From: a bacterium
GTDB lineage: Bacteria; Patescibacteriota; Andersenbacteria; UBA10190; CAIZMI01
Direction: 5' to 3'
NCBI GenBank assembly: GCA_030647555.1
Contig: JAUSJG010000030.1
Span: 1-55,785 of the forward strand
Length of the DNA: 55,785 nt
Part shown: positions 1 through 9,486 of the stretch, one piece after another
Numbering within the stretch: the first letter of the stretch is position 1
Layout of the letters: every line of letters begins with the position of its first letter
Made by a program: the position numbers and the translations under genes
The notes under the pieces: generated by a model
The model's database searches: none
What the model was told of the DNA's origin: nothing
What the model saw: the letters and a program-made list of their open reading frames with translations, nothing else

Positions 1-137
1 CCCTGATTAACTAATCTATGATACTTGATTTACTCTTTGTCTTAATCAGAATAGCCTCGATCTGTGAGCGGTTACCCGGATGCCACCTGTTGTTGATAAT
101 TCAATCTAACAGAGTATAGTTACTTCAGTATCAATAA

Positions 138-181
138 GAAAAAGCCCTTGCGCAGGTTCCGTCCTATGTGAGGGCTTTTTC
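138..181. terminator. bidirectional intrinsic-terminator-like stem-loop
   Basis: AAAAAGCCCT...AGGGCTTTTT: GC stem flanked by an A-run and a T-run. Confidence 0.45.
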
Positions 182-289
182 ATTATTTGGGACTTGCTTT
201 GATAACCCACATAGAATGTATACAATACATACTAAAGAAACAGCCGAATACTTCCCTTTCGGGTTGGTGGTCGCAAGGCCTAGACTGAT

Positions 290-311
290 CCCCCTATCCA
301 TGGGGGTTTTT
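290..311 (+). terminator. intrinsic terminator candidate
   Basis: CCCCCTATCCATGGGGG followed by TTTTT. Confidence 0.5.
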
Positions 312-315
312 GGTT

Positions 316-440
316 CAAATTTTCAATTTTCAATTTCTAATTTTCATTAAATTTTTAATTATTCAATTTTCAAACGGCGTCGTTGTTTAGAAATTGAAAA
401 TTGATAATTTAATAGAAATTATGCATTAGAAATTAGAAAT
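316..440. repeat. AT-rich long palindromic intergenic element, copy 1 (diverged)
   Basis: arms built of ttcaatttt / aaattgaaa words around central ACGGCGTCGT; same architecture as 1452-1580, 32058-32188, 33117-33277, 38619-38744. Confidence 0.55.
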
Positions 441-456
441 TCGTCTCCAGAATGTC

Positions 457-1467
457 CTATTTGATTCCGTACTTTGTCTCCAGCACCTTGATCTCCGTTC
501 CTACCTCTGCGAATACCGCTCTTAATCCCTCTATACGCGAGGCGGCTACTAATACGGAAACATAGTCGGTTTGGTAGTTTTTGAGGGTTTCTGTGTTGGT
601 TTGTAAGGCTACTACAGCGGAAAGATATTTTTTGTGCAGTTCCGCCACTTCTTTTGGCACGGAAACATCGCGGAAGATTTGCGTGTTGTTTTTCAAATTG
701 GCAATAATTTTATCAAGTGGGGCGGAATCTTTTTTGCTTGTCAGCGTAGTAAAGGCCGTAGTGATTTCTTCCGGTGTGACGGCTTTTAGTTTAGCGTTTG
801 TCTTGAGCGAAAGAGTGTCGAGGTATTTTACAATCGCTGTTTTTCCCGTTGCGGTAATAATTTTGATATCGCTATCCAAAATGATTGGCAAAATACCGCG
901 GGCGTTGGTTTCGTTGATGAATTGATTGATTTGCGCCTCGTTGGCTTGGATATTTTGGTCGGTGGGGGTGATCCCTGTTTTGTTTACGAATAATTGTGTG
1001 AGCGAGGGAGATGGCAGAGGTGAGGTTGAAAGTGGGGTTAACGCGGTGGTTCCCAGCCTTGTTGCAAGACGATCAATTTTATCGTTTGGTGACTTGATTA
1101 ACGGGTCGTAGCCGTTTGCCACTTCATCGCCGTCTTTGTAACCATCACCATCGGTATCGGGATTATTGGGGTCGGTCTTGTAAAGCGCCTCCATCGCGTC
1201 GGAAAGGCCGTCGTTGTCGGAATCGACTTCCGCGGATGGTACAACAATGTTGTTAGTAAAAGAGTCGGGCGTCGAACTGGGTGAGGTAATGTTGCTTTGG
1301 GCCATAAAATTGGTTGTTTTTGCCTTTTTGGGCCCGAAAATGGTTTGATAGCCGAACCAGAAAATCCCCAGCACAAAGATGGTTCCGATGAAGGGGAGAA
1401 TAATACTGCGAAGGTTGTCGAATGGAGTTGGTTTGTTCATATAATTTGTAAAATTATCAATTTTCAA
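457..1467 (-). CDS. membrane-anchored protein with thrombospondin type-3-like Ca-binding repeats (paralog of 15368-16561 and 16654-17733)
   Basis: N-terminal TM helix ILPFIGTIFVLGIFWFGY; DSDNDGLSD...DPNNPDTDGDGYKDGDE (DxDxDGxxDxxE repeats); C-terminal helical region alignable with the two paralogs. Confidence 0.7.
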   Translation of the reverse strand: MKIDNFTNYMNKPTPFDNLRSIILPFIGTIFVLGIFWFGYQTIFGPKKAKTTNFMAQSNITSPSSTPDSFTNNIVVPSAEVDSDNDGLSDAMEALYKTDPNNPDTDGDGYKDGDEVANGYDPLIKSPNDKIDRLATRLGTTALTPLSTSPLPSPSLTQLFVNKTGITPTDQNIQANEAQINQFINETNARGILPIILDSDIKIITATGKTAIVKYLDTLSLKTNAKLKAVTPEEITTAFTTLTSKKDSAPLDKIIANLKNNTQIFRDVSVPKEVAELHKKYLSAVVALQTNTETLKNYQTDYVSVLVAASRIEGLRAVFAEVGTEIKVLETKYGIK

Positions 1468-1580
1468 TGGCCAATTATCAATTAATGATCAAACTTCAAT
1501 TTTCAAACAATCGCGTAATAATTGATAATTTAGACATTGATAATTAATTGAAAATTGGGAATTGAACATTGAAAATTTTA
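1452..1580. repeat. AT-rich long palindromic intergenic element, copy 2 (reverse orientation)
   Basis: reads as reverse complement of copy 3: aaattatcaattttcaatggccaattatcaattaatgatc...attgataattaattgaaaattgggaattga. Confidence 0.7.
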
Positions 1581-1631
1581 TGTTTTAATTGTTCGGATAT
1601 TTTTAATATACATCACAATTTTCTTAAGTCA

Positions 1632-2192
1632 TCAGAAGTCCTGCAGGCATTCCGTCACCTTAGTATAGCTGTTATCGTGACGCGTGATATCGCGGCAATC
1701 TTCGCACCGACGATTTGTGTCGTCGGGACAATAACCGGTGGCTTCGTATTCCGTGTCTTTCTTGGCGCCCGTGGAGCAGTGACAAGAACAATCCTTCGCC
1801 CAAAAGGGGTCGCCGGATCCCCCGCCACAGGGCTTGCCCTCTTCTTCCGTGTCCGTAATTTTTGGGGCGGGTTGCGGTATTGCGCCGACCAAACTTTTTA
1901 AACTGATATTATTCAAATTGTATCCACCGGACTTTACACCATAGTTCGCCGCTTGAGTATTTTTGTAAGCTGATTGGGTCTGCGGTGCTGGTATCCGCAC
2001 CTTGCTAACAACCTGTCCGGCAAATGTACCAATCACAGCCAATAGATTGTGAATGATGTCGGTAATTTCTTGGGTAAAATTTGTTGTGTCGTTGCGAAAA
2101 GGATTCCAGAATTCATCGGAAGGCGTGGCACCGTGCGACGCAAAAGGAAAAAAGATTATAACCAAAACTACTATTGCCAAAAGATAACGCAT
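1632..2192 (-). CDS. secreted Cys-rich protein, function unknown
   Basis: signal peptide MRYLLAIVVLVIIFFPFASHG; C-terminal Cys cluster CGGGSGDPFW..DCSCHC..CPDD..CEDC..ECL resembling 4336-5145. Confidence 0.6.
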   Translation of the reverse strand: MRYLLAIVVLVIIFFPFASHGATPSDEFWNPFRNDTTNFTQEITDIIHNLLAVIGTFAGQVVSKVRIPAPQTQSAYKNTQAANYGVKSGGYNLNNISLKSLVGAIPQPAPKITDTEEEGKPCGGGSGDPFWAKDCSCHCSTGAKKDTEYEATGYCPDDTNRRCEDCRDITRHDNSYTKVTECLQDF

Positions 2193-2342
2193 TTCTTAGT
2201 AAGAATAGCATTATTTTGCCGATGAATCATATAAGTGAACACCCCGTCAAATCACCTCACTTCGCTAATCCCACTACGCTAAAGCTTCGTGGGACGCGGA
2301 GCTACGCGGGGTTATTTTGCTTTGCAAACGGCAAAGCAAAAT

Positions 2343-2373
2343 AAAAAATCGCGCACCTAGGGTTAGGTGCGCG
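2343..2373 (-). terminator. intrinsic terminator candidate downstream of the S1 peptidase gene
   Basis: CGCGCACCTAGGGTTAGGTGCGCG stem-loop preceded on the plus strand by AAAAAA (T-run in gene sense). Confidence 0.55.
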
Positions 2374-2400
2374 TTGTCTCAGTGTTGTCTCAAAAGAGCT

Positions 2401-3174
2401 TCAATTTCTGGTGGCTAATTGGGCGTGTTGCCCAAGGTTCTTGGCGCAATCCTCCGTGATGCGCACGTGCCACCAAATACCATCGTCATTCCCGTAAAAC
2501 AGGTTGATGCCGACGGCTGTCCATCGACTAGTGGCCCGTGAATAACGGAAGAAGGGTCCGCCGGACAACCCCTTCATGTCTTCGAACTTCTCACCGTAAG
2601 TCCAAAGGCGTTTTCCTGGACCGTTCTTAACTTTTACACTTGCCTGATACTCGCGTCCCTGCTCTTTGGTAGGGTATCCGCAGTACCAGGTTTCGGTACC
2701 GTACGGGGAAGGGATGACATTTTCGTCCTCTTCCAAAGGACCGAAGTCGAAGAATCCGAGCCCAGGGTCTCTCTCCAATGTGCAGACGACCCAGTCACGG
2801 CTAACTCTTTCCCACACTTCTTCACCGCCGGATGCGCTGGCGTACTTAGAGCGGTAATCGGGATCAAATGCTGTGGCAATGACCCGGATTTTCCCGTGGG
2901 GCATTACGAGACGTCGCCCCGAACTGTCCATTGTGGCTCCCGGAGCGAAATGAACGGTCGGGTTCATACTGGTTAACCCCTCGGCCGGCTTGTACAAGCA
3001 ATGGGCGGCCGTGATTATCGTTCGGCCACTGCCACAAAGAAAGCCGGTCGACGACGGCTTTCCGTTGTAAAACACGATGCCGGTCAGCTCATACGGAGCC
3101 GCCTGTTGTGCCACCGTGGTCGAGTTGACGAAACCAAACAAAACGACCAAAACCAACGCGATTTTCCCAAACAT
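2401..3174 (-). CDS. secreted trypsin-fold (S1 family) serine peptidase
   Basis: signal peptide; catalytic motifs TAAHC (His) and GLSGGP (Ser); SD AGGAGAG 5 nt upstream of ATG. Confidence 0.8.
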   Translation of the reverse strand: MFGKIALVLVVLFGFVNSTTVAQQAAPYELTGIVFYNGKPSSTGFLCGSGRTIITAAHCLYKPAEGLTSMNPTVHFAPGATMDSSGRRLVMPHGKIRVIATAFDPDYRSKYASASGGEEVWERVSRDWVVCTLERDPGLGFFDFGPLEEDENVIPSPYGTETWYCGYPTKEQGREYQASVKVKNGPGKRLWTYGEKFEDMKGLSGGPFFRYSRATSRWTAVGINLFYGNDDGIWWHVRITEDCAKNLGQHAQLATRN

Positions 3175-3287
3175 GATTTCTCTCCTATTCGATTTTGAAG
3201 GTCAGACTTAACTTAAACTATCGGTATTATAATACTAATAATAATTTAAGTCAAGTATTATATTATTAGAATGTCAGTATAGAATGA

Positions 3288-3313
3288 CAAAAAACACGGG
3301 TACGGCCCGTGTT
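3288..3313 (-). terminator. intrinsic terminator candidate
   Basis: AACACGGGTACGGCCCGTGTT with A-run on the plus side, just downstream of the stop of 3335-4207. Confidence 0.55.
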
Positions 3314-3334
3314 TAGTACCCCTTTTGTGCCCAA

Positions 3335-4207
3335 TTAGACCGAAATTGGCTTACGCTGTGAAGTAGTGGAAATACGCCTTGAAACACCAATTTTGTCGCT
3401 TTTTTCTGACAATCCGGTGGTTCGTTGACCAATTGTCTCTTGATACAACACAACTAAGAAGGCTACTCCGAGAAGCATAAGAATGGCGGGAACCAGCCAA
3501 TACGCAAGCGGTAATGGTTGGACAATATATGAGGCAACAACGACGAAAATGGTCCATCCAACCAGGCGTAAGGCAATCGGCTTAAAATTTGGACGAATTA
3601 GTGTGACGCTATGTGTAAGAGCAGTTAGTCCTGACTTATTGTCGATTGAGGCAATGAGTTGAGCAAAAGAAAGCCAAACACCAATTACGAAAACCGGTAT
3701 TAAAAAGATAATTGCAGTGATCAGAACAAGAAGTTCGGCGACTGCCAAGGGCATAAATTGCGCAAGCATTTGTGTACCCAAAACGCCAGACCAATAGTTT
3801 AGAATTAAGACCGGAACAAGGGAGACGAAGACAAAAACCGCCAAAATAATTTCGGTGAACAAGAAGGCGGGAAAACGTTGAGTACCAATTTGAAGTGCCT
3901 TGCGAGCGCCAATTGCTTTAGTGGTGGAAAAAATGGCATAAAGGCCGACTTTTACAATTTCACAGAGAATTAGGAAAGTAACGGAGGCAATAAGCGCGAC
4001 AACAAAGAAAACCAATGTCACCCCTCGCAATGAAGGAGTTAAATTATATTGGTCGTAATTGGCGAGGTCGATTAGGTAGGGTAACGTAAAAGCAAAAGGG
4101 ACAAGCGGGAGAAGTGCTAATTTAATCGCCGTAACTTTGTGTAACCGTAATAAACGGAATGCACTCGATACTTGTTCTGTAAACGTGGAGTATTTAGCTG
4201 TTGTCAT
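3335..4207 (-). CDS. polytopic membrane protein, function unknown
   Basis: 290-aa ORF with about 6-7 long hydrophobic segments; no recognisable motif. Confidence 0.6.
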   Translation of the reverse strand: MTTAKYSTFTEQVSSAFRLLRLHKVTAIKLALLPLVPFAFTLPYLIDLANYDQYNLTPSLRGVTLVFFVVALIASVTFLILCEIVKVGLYAIFSTTKAIGARKALQIGTQRFPAFLFTEIILAVFVFVSLVPVLILNYWSGVLGTQMLAQFMPLAVAELLVLITAIIFLIPVFVIGVWLSFAQLIASIDNKSGLTALTHSVTLIRPNFKPIALRLVGWTIFVVVASYIVQPLPLAYWLVPAILMLLGVAFLVVLYQETIGQRTTGLSEKSDKIGVSRRISTTSQRKPISV

Positions 4208-4335
4208 GGTTATGTGTTTGTATTAATTAATTTGGTTAAAGGTATTATATAGTGTCTGATTTAATTTTGCTAGTTCCATTTATTTTTGTCGATAGTTTTG
4301 TGTAGTGTTTAGTCAAATTTATATGTGGTACGGGG

Positions 4336-5145
4336 TTAAAATCCAAAAAGCGTTGGATCATTGGGCGACCCGCCCGGTCCGGAAGCGGCATAGCTTTCTA
4401 CACTCTGGCGGAGACACTCTTGATAACCGTCATTGGAGGGATCGGAAACGGGGTAGCCGGAAAAATCAGCGTCCGTGGTATCTTTGCCGACATAGTAATC
4501 ATGTTTACGAATGTGGGCGTCTTGACCGAAACAAACTTCGCAAGCAACTTTTTGCGTTGATGGACCTCCGCCGATAACACTCCATAAATCGTAGCCAACG
4601 TAGTCCGGGATTGGACAATCGATCTGTTCGCCACATCGACAATAACAATCAAATTGGTTATGCCACGTCTGATATTGTTGAGCGTATTCGATGTTTCCCG
4701 GGCGCCAATAAGCAACCCAATACGCGTCTCCGGGCTTTTTACCGCAAACCTCGCCGAGTTGTGCTTGGTCGGTTACGTTTTTCCCGCCGATTTTTTTAAT
4801 CCCTTCGAAAAATTGTTGGATCGCGGTTTTTTGACCGGTAATGGAGTTGGTGCTACCGGATTTAATTCCCAGCCACTTTGGATTGCTGAATTTAAAAAGA
4901 CTGCCTAATCCACCGGAGATTTCGCTGTACCACGAATACGTGGCCGGTAGCAGGCCAAGTGCGGGGTCTACATCCTGTTTGTACCCCGCGTTTTCTCGAC
5001 CGATTCCTTCCCGAATTGACGGGTTTGATAAATCGCGTTCCACGTTAATTGGGCCGGTGGGCGGTGGATTTGCTGTTAAACCGGGGCGCGCAAAAACTAT
5101 CGTACCAATAATGATGAGGAAAAGTGCAAAAAGATTCTTATGCAT
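4336..5145 (-). CDS. secreted Cys-rich protein, last gene of the paralog operon
   Basis: signal peptide MHKNLFALFLIIIGTIVFA; CGKKPGDAYW..DCYCRC..DC..CEVC..ECL pattern similar to 1632-2192; starts 14 nt after the upstream stop. Confidence 0.7.
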   Translation of the reverse strand: MHKNLFALFLIIIGTIVFARPGLTANPPPTGPINVERDLSNPSIREGIGRENAGYKQDVDPALGLLPATYSWYSEISGGLGSLFKFSNPKWLGIKSGSTNSITGQKTAIQQFFEGIKKIGGKNVTDQAQLGEVCGKKPGDAYWVAYWRPGNIEYAQQYQTWHNQFDCYCRCGEQIDCPIPDYVGYDLWSVIGGGPSTQKVACEVCFGQDAHIRKHDYYVGKDTTDADFSGYPVSDPSNDGYQECLRQSVESYAASGPGGSPNDPTLFGF

Positions 5146-5159
5146 TGTTTGTGACGTTC

Positions 5160-6887
5160 TTAATTTACCACAGTTGTGTTGGTCTGGCTTGAAAAGAAAT
5201 TTGTAATCAGGGGAGCAATTATTTTAACAACACTTTCGATGACATTTTGTGGCATACCGCTTTGAAAAAGTTGTTGGATAATTTTTACTAAAACCGTGAC
5301 ATCGGGAGAGGAAGTGGGGTCTTCGGTTTTTTTGACGCAGGCGCCATTATAGGCGATTTGAACACGTTTTTGTGTTTGGGCGACGCAGGCGTTGGGTTGG
5401 GTTTGGCTATTGATATCACATACCGGCGCATAAGTATTCGGGCACGTGGCTACTGCCGGACTCGGTGTTGGGTTGGGTGTAGGGCTGGGGGAAGGATTAT
5501 TTTGATTCCCCTGCTGGTTACCGCCCTGCCCGTTGTTACCACCACCGTTGTTTCCTCCGCCATTATTACCATCGTTGTTCGCGCCTTGGTTGTTTGGTTT
5601 ACCGCGATTTGGGTCAGGTGATTTAAATTGACAATCCGGTGTAATAATTATCGGCTTATTATCCAGGTCCATAACAATGGACCTTTTTAGATAAATAAAA
5701 GGTTGGACTTTTTTTCCGTTTACCGTGTACGCGTGTCGTCCCGCGACACCACTGGCCAAAGATTCCTGGGCCTGTGCTTCCGTGATCATGCCGTCTATTT
5801 TGCCTGTGTCGTTGAGCCAAGTTATTTTTTCCTTTTCTTCGGGTTTCATTTTTTGGTTTTCAACCATGAGGTCATAGCTTGAACCAGCATCCGCGGTCGC
5901 TTTCTGCGTTTTTCCGTAGGTGGGATCTTTTATTGCGTCTGTCGTATCAACCTTACGCAAAAAATGCATTCGCGCGTCGCGTAATTTTTTGTTAATGTCG
6001 GATTCTTCGATTTTGTGGTTATCATCTGCTTTATTTTGTTCTCCACGGGGGTAAACCCCTGTGTTGCCAAGCATCCCTGGGTTTTGATAGCCGGTGGATT
6101 GGCCCGGTGTTACTACGCCACAATAACCGCGATTCTTTTTTATCCATTCATCTTTGGCTTTTTCATCGCGAAAAAACATAGGTGTATCATGGTTCAAAAT
6201 CAATTCGGCTTTATTATTATATTTTCCATTTGCTTTCAAGTAATCTATAAGTTCTCCGACAGTGATTACACCATCTCCATCCTTGTCCGCGCCACCGTTA
6301 CTTACGGCATTTGTGATGCGGTTTCCCATATCCGGGGCATAGCCAAGTTGATAGGCGGCAGAAGAGCTTAAGACGGCGCCGTTGTAAAGCCCGCCACCCA
6401 TAATTGACTCAACATTGTATAAGCAAAAAACGGTTCCTGACCCACACGAATCCAGAATTGTCGTGCCAACCAATTGGTTTTGTTCCAAAACTTGGGACGC
6501 CATCCATACTTGGTCGGCTTTGGAAAAAATTGAATCAGTACCGAGGCCATTTGTAACACCATGGCCGGCAAAAACAAGAGTGGCCGCGGCGGCTTCCGCG
6601 TATGGGGCAACGGCAGCATTAATCATTCGAAGGCCTTCTTCTCTATCTCTTACGTTGGAAACATCAACCCTCACAAACTGCACACCTGGAAAGTTTGCCA
6701 TGTAGCCATATTGTTGTTTATCAAGACCGGCAATTAAGCCGTCATTTGTGTGATTAACCAAGACAACAAGACTGGTGATGGGACCCACCGCGTATGTTGT
6801 GGGAGTAAACGATAACGAAATTAATAAAGCAAAGACGGCAAATATCGCGATGCTTTTAATCAGATTGTTTTTAATAATGATTTTCAT
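5160..6887 (-). CDS. secreted caspase-fold (clan CD-like) peptidase domain + EF-hand-like loop + GGGNN linker + degenerate Kazal-like knot + family C-terminal tail
   Basis: signal peptide; TLVFAGHG...(about 40 aa)...ILDSCGSG His/Cys dyad spacing; DKDGDGVITVGELIDYL; GNNGGGNNGGGNNG; C-x7-C-x10-C-x15-C; ATGA overlap with the upstream gene. Confidence 0.6.
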   Translation of the reverse strand: MKIIIKNNLIKSIAIFAVFALLISLSFTPTTYAVGPITSLVVLVNHTNDGLIAGLDKQQYGYMANFPGVQFVRVDVSNVRDREEGLRMINAAVAPYAEAAAATLVFAGHGVTNGLGTDSIFSKADQVWMASQVLEQNQLVGTTILDSCGSGTVFCLYNVESIMGGGLYNGAVLSSSAAYQLGYAPDMGNRITNAVSNGGADKDGDGVITVGELIDYLKANGKYNNKAELILNHDTPMFFRDEKAKDEWIKKNRGYCGVVTPGQSTGYQNPGMLGNTGVYPRGEQNKADDNHKIEESDINKKLRDARMHFLRKVDTTDAIKDPTYGKTQKATADAGSSYDLMVENQKMKPEEKEKITWLNDTGKIDGMITEAQAQESLASGVAGRHAYTVNGKKVQPFIYLKRSIVMDLDNKPIIITPDCQFKSPDPNRGKPNNQGANNDGNNGGGNNGGGNNGQGGNQQGNQNNPSPSPTPNPTPSPAVATCPNTYAPVCDINSQTQPNACVAQTQKRVQIAYNGACVKKTEDPTSSPDVTVLVKIIQQLFQSGMPQNVIESVVKIIAPLITNFFSSQTNTTVVN

Positions 6888-8725
6888 TTAACCACGCTTT
6901 CCGTGATGGAAGAACCGCCCGTGAATAAGCTGGTCGCACTCTTGGAAATGATACTAACCAAGTCTTGTATAAGTTGTGTAGGAATGCCACTTGAGCTTAA
7001 TTGCGCTACTAATTCTTGAAGCGCGTCGCCGGTGGTTTTGTTGGAAACCATTAGTTTTTCCGCGTCGGTGCAAACGCCAAGATGTTTGACAGAAGTTTGG
7101 TAACGGTTTGCCATACAACTGTTGGCATATGTTTTATAGTCAGCGCCACAAACTTTTTGGGTGTCTTGTTGGCAAGCGAAATTTGGGTCGTTGTAGGGGT
7201 TTGAAGTTTGCTGGGGCTGTTGGTTTTGTTGACCACCTTGGCCGAGACCTTTCAGGGCCTGCATCAGTTTGTTCACCACATCACCGAGGCCACCATCTTG
7301 TCCCCCGCCGTTATTACCGCCACCGTTGTTACCTCCGCCATTGTTGCCACCACCGCCGAGGTTGGGACTACCCGGAGGGGTGTTGGGTTGGCCTGGAGGT
7401 GGAATGGTTTGGGGCGGTGGTATGGGGGCTCCTGGGTTGTTGTTGCCTGGAGAATTTTGGCCATTATTAGGCAAAACAGGATTAGTTTGGTTGGGTTGCG
7501 CTCCACTTCCAGGAAAACTTGAATTACCACCCGGCATACATGTCGTACCAACTTGTTTCTTTTTTGCGTCTTCTTTGGCTTTTGTTTGGTTTTCTAGCGC
7601 ATCAAATTTGCAAGATTTGCCATCTTTAACATCAACAACTTCCACAAACTTTCCATCTTTATCACATTCGTAGTGTCCAATCGTATAAATACCAGGTTGA
7701 ACCATCGGTCCGCCACTCGAAACAGAGTAAGGACCATTGTTCATGAGCATTTCACTGGCTCTTCGCCAATAATCTTTGGGAATTTCTGTTTTTCCTCCTG
7801 TGGTCCAGAGCGCGGTCTGACCTGGCTTGACCCTTTGCTGAAAAAAATCAACGTTAGTTTCGTTTGGATTTGGTAGACGTTGGCCTTTATGGGCTATGGT
7901 TTCATTGTTAGACACTTGGCTGTAGTGGCCGGAATTTTTTAGGCGTAACATATTATTTATTACATTTTCATATTTTTTAGCTTCTTTTCCTAGGATATCT
8001 CTGGGATCATTAATATTTCCTTCGTTTCTTGGTGCGACGAGGTTGTCACGATACATGGGGTGGTCATCATCTGCATATTCACCAAGTTTGGGGTGAACGC
8101 ATTGTTGGGTTAGCAATGACGGTGACGTGGGGAGGGATAATAAATTTGCCTCTAGGCTTTTTTTGTAATCTGCAATAAGTGGTCTTAATTTTTCCAGAAT
8201 TTTTGCTGAATCCTTTTGATCATTAAGTGATAATCCTAGTAGGTCTGACCACGGCGAACTAGGAGCTGATTCTGCTGTTGTGCCTAGCCTTTCGTTAGCA
8301 AGATCTTCTCCCGGCTTTCCAGTTCCCAAGGATTCTTTCCCACCCGGTAAATTCTTCGTATTTTCCCCAAAATAATACCATTCATTACCTGTCGATAGTT
8401 CTTTGTTTTCTACTAATTTTAGTCGTCCTGCCTTTGCCATTTCTTCTAGTAGACTTTGGCCTAGGCGGTCGGGATCAGTTAAGACGCCGGAGCCATAAAA
8501 TTCACGTCCGACAGCCGAAAGAAACTTGCGTGACTCATCTTTTTGAATGTTGCTTTGAATCCACGCAGGAGGGGATATCCACAATCCCGGGACTTTTGTC
8601 GTACACCCACCAAGAAGGGTGCAGGAATCACCATTTGCCGCCAAAGAAGCTTTGCCAAACAATGCAACAACTGCTAATAATACAAAAAGAGCGATTCTTT
8701 TTGGGGTAATTTTTGTACCCGACAT
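6884..8725 (-). CDS. large secreted paralog with Kazal-like domain and family C-terminal tail
   Basis: ATG at 8725, 4 nt after the upstream stop (ORF track extends to a TTG at 8740); signal peptide; GGGNNGGGNNGGGNN linker; VNKLMQALKGLGQG; CQQDTQKVCGADYKTYANSC...GVC; tail LQELVAQLSSSGIPTQLIQDLVSII. Confidence 0.75.
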   Translation of the reverse strand: MSGTKITPKRIALFVLLAVVALFGKASLAANGDSCTLLGGCTTKVPGLWISPPAWIQSNIQKDESRKFLSAVGREFYGSGVLTDPDRLGQSLLEEMAKAGRLKLVENKELSTGNEWYYFGENTKNLPGGKESLGTGKPGEDLANERLGTTAESAPSSPWSDLLGLSLNDQKDSAKILEKLRPLIADYKKSLEANLLSLPTSPSLLTQQCVHPKLGEYADDDHPMYRDNLVAPRNEGNINDPRDILGKEAKKYENVINNMLRLKNSGHYSQVSNNETIAHKGQRLPNPNETNVDFFQQRVKPGQTALWTTGGKTEIPKDYWRRASEMLMNNGPYSVSSGGPMVQPGIYTIGHYECDKDGKFVEVVDVKDGKSCKFDALENQTKAKEDAKKKQVGTTCMPGGNSSFPGSGAQPNQTNPVLPNNGQNSPGNNNPGAPIPPPQTIPPPGQPNTPPGSPNLGGGGNNGGGNNGGGNNGGGQDGGLGDVVNKLMQALKGLGQGGQQNQQPQQTSNPYNDPNFACQQDTQKVCGADYKTYANSCMANRYQTSVKHLGVCTDAEKLMVSNKTTGDALQELVAQLSSSGIPTQLIQDLVSIISKSATSLFTGGSSITESVVK

Positions 8726-8729
8726 ATTT

Positions 8730-9476
8730 TTAGTTTCCAACTGTTACTGTTGTTCCGCAGATCTCCTCTGTCGCGCTAGTTGAGGCGTTTTGTACGCAAA
8801 AGTTATAGGAGCCGGCATTTGGGAAGCGGAAAATTATTGTTCCCTCTTTATTGACTGTCTGCTCGTTAGTGGTGGTTTTTACGTTGTTTTTATAAACATG
8901 CATTACTCGGTTACTACCGGTGCCGTTGATTAAATTGACACAATTGCCTTTTGCAATACTAACAGTGGTCGGTTTAATCACTAATGCTTCCGCATCGCCC
9001 GCCAAGAATAAGGTTTGACCGCACAATGTTGGCCCCGCTGATGGTGTTGGCGTGGCGTAGGGATTCCACGTTGTTCCGTTGCCACCATAAGCATATGGAT
9101 CGTTGTAATTGCCGTTTTGACTACCGCTACCATTTTGACTGCCACTTCCCTGCGGGCCAACGGTACCGTATTGCGGAAGTTTTTCGTCAACGTTGCCTTG
9201 TTGGGGCGTACTACCGCCACCCTGAAACAGTTGCATAAGCATTGGTAGTAGGGAGAGCATAATTTTCATCATTCCACCGCCACCACCGCTAAGCAGTGAT
9301 CCTAGACCGCCGGCCGCAGCGCTTGATCCTCCGCCACATCCACCGGAACCACATCCGCCCGATTGTGCCAGGGCGGATTCTATGGGAAACGCGACCCCTG
9401 ATTGAATAAATAAAAGTACAAAGATGATTGCAACGACAGATTTTTTTCGGAGTGAGTTGAGTGTGAGTGTTTTCAT
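8730..9476 (-). CDS. small secreted Gly/Met-rich protein with 4-Cys beta-rich C-terminal domain (paralog of 11066-11650)
   Basis: ATG at 9476 (ORF track TTG at 9497); signal peptide; MLMQLFQGGG; GNVDEKLPQYGTV; LCGQTLFLAGD...NFCVQ...CGTTVTVGN aligns along its length with 11066-11650. Confidence 0.7.
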   Translation of the reverse strand: MKTLTLNSLRKKSVVAIIFVLLFIQSGVAFPIESALAQSGGCGSGGCGGGSSAAAGGLGSLLSGGGGGMMKIMLSLLPMLMQLFQGGGSTPQQGNVDEKLPQYGTVGPQGSGSQNGSGSQNGNYNDPYAYGGNGTTWNPYATPTPSAGPTLCGQTLFLAGDAEALVIKPTTVSIAKGNCVNLINGTGSNRVMHVYKNNVKTTTNEQTVNKEGTIIFRFPNAGSYNFCVQNASTSATEEICGTTVTVGN

Positions 9477-9486
9477 GTATTTGAAA

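Noticed and set aside
7269-7673. Pro/Gly-rich plus-strand ORFs (also 7108-7470, 7208-7522, 9563-9973, 5358-5621) opposite the Gly/Asn/Pro linkers
   Set aside because: These are shadow ORFs created by low-complexity GGN/CCN repeats on the opposite strand of well-supported minus-strand genes.
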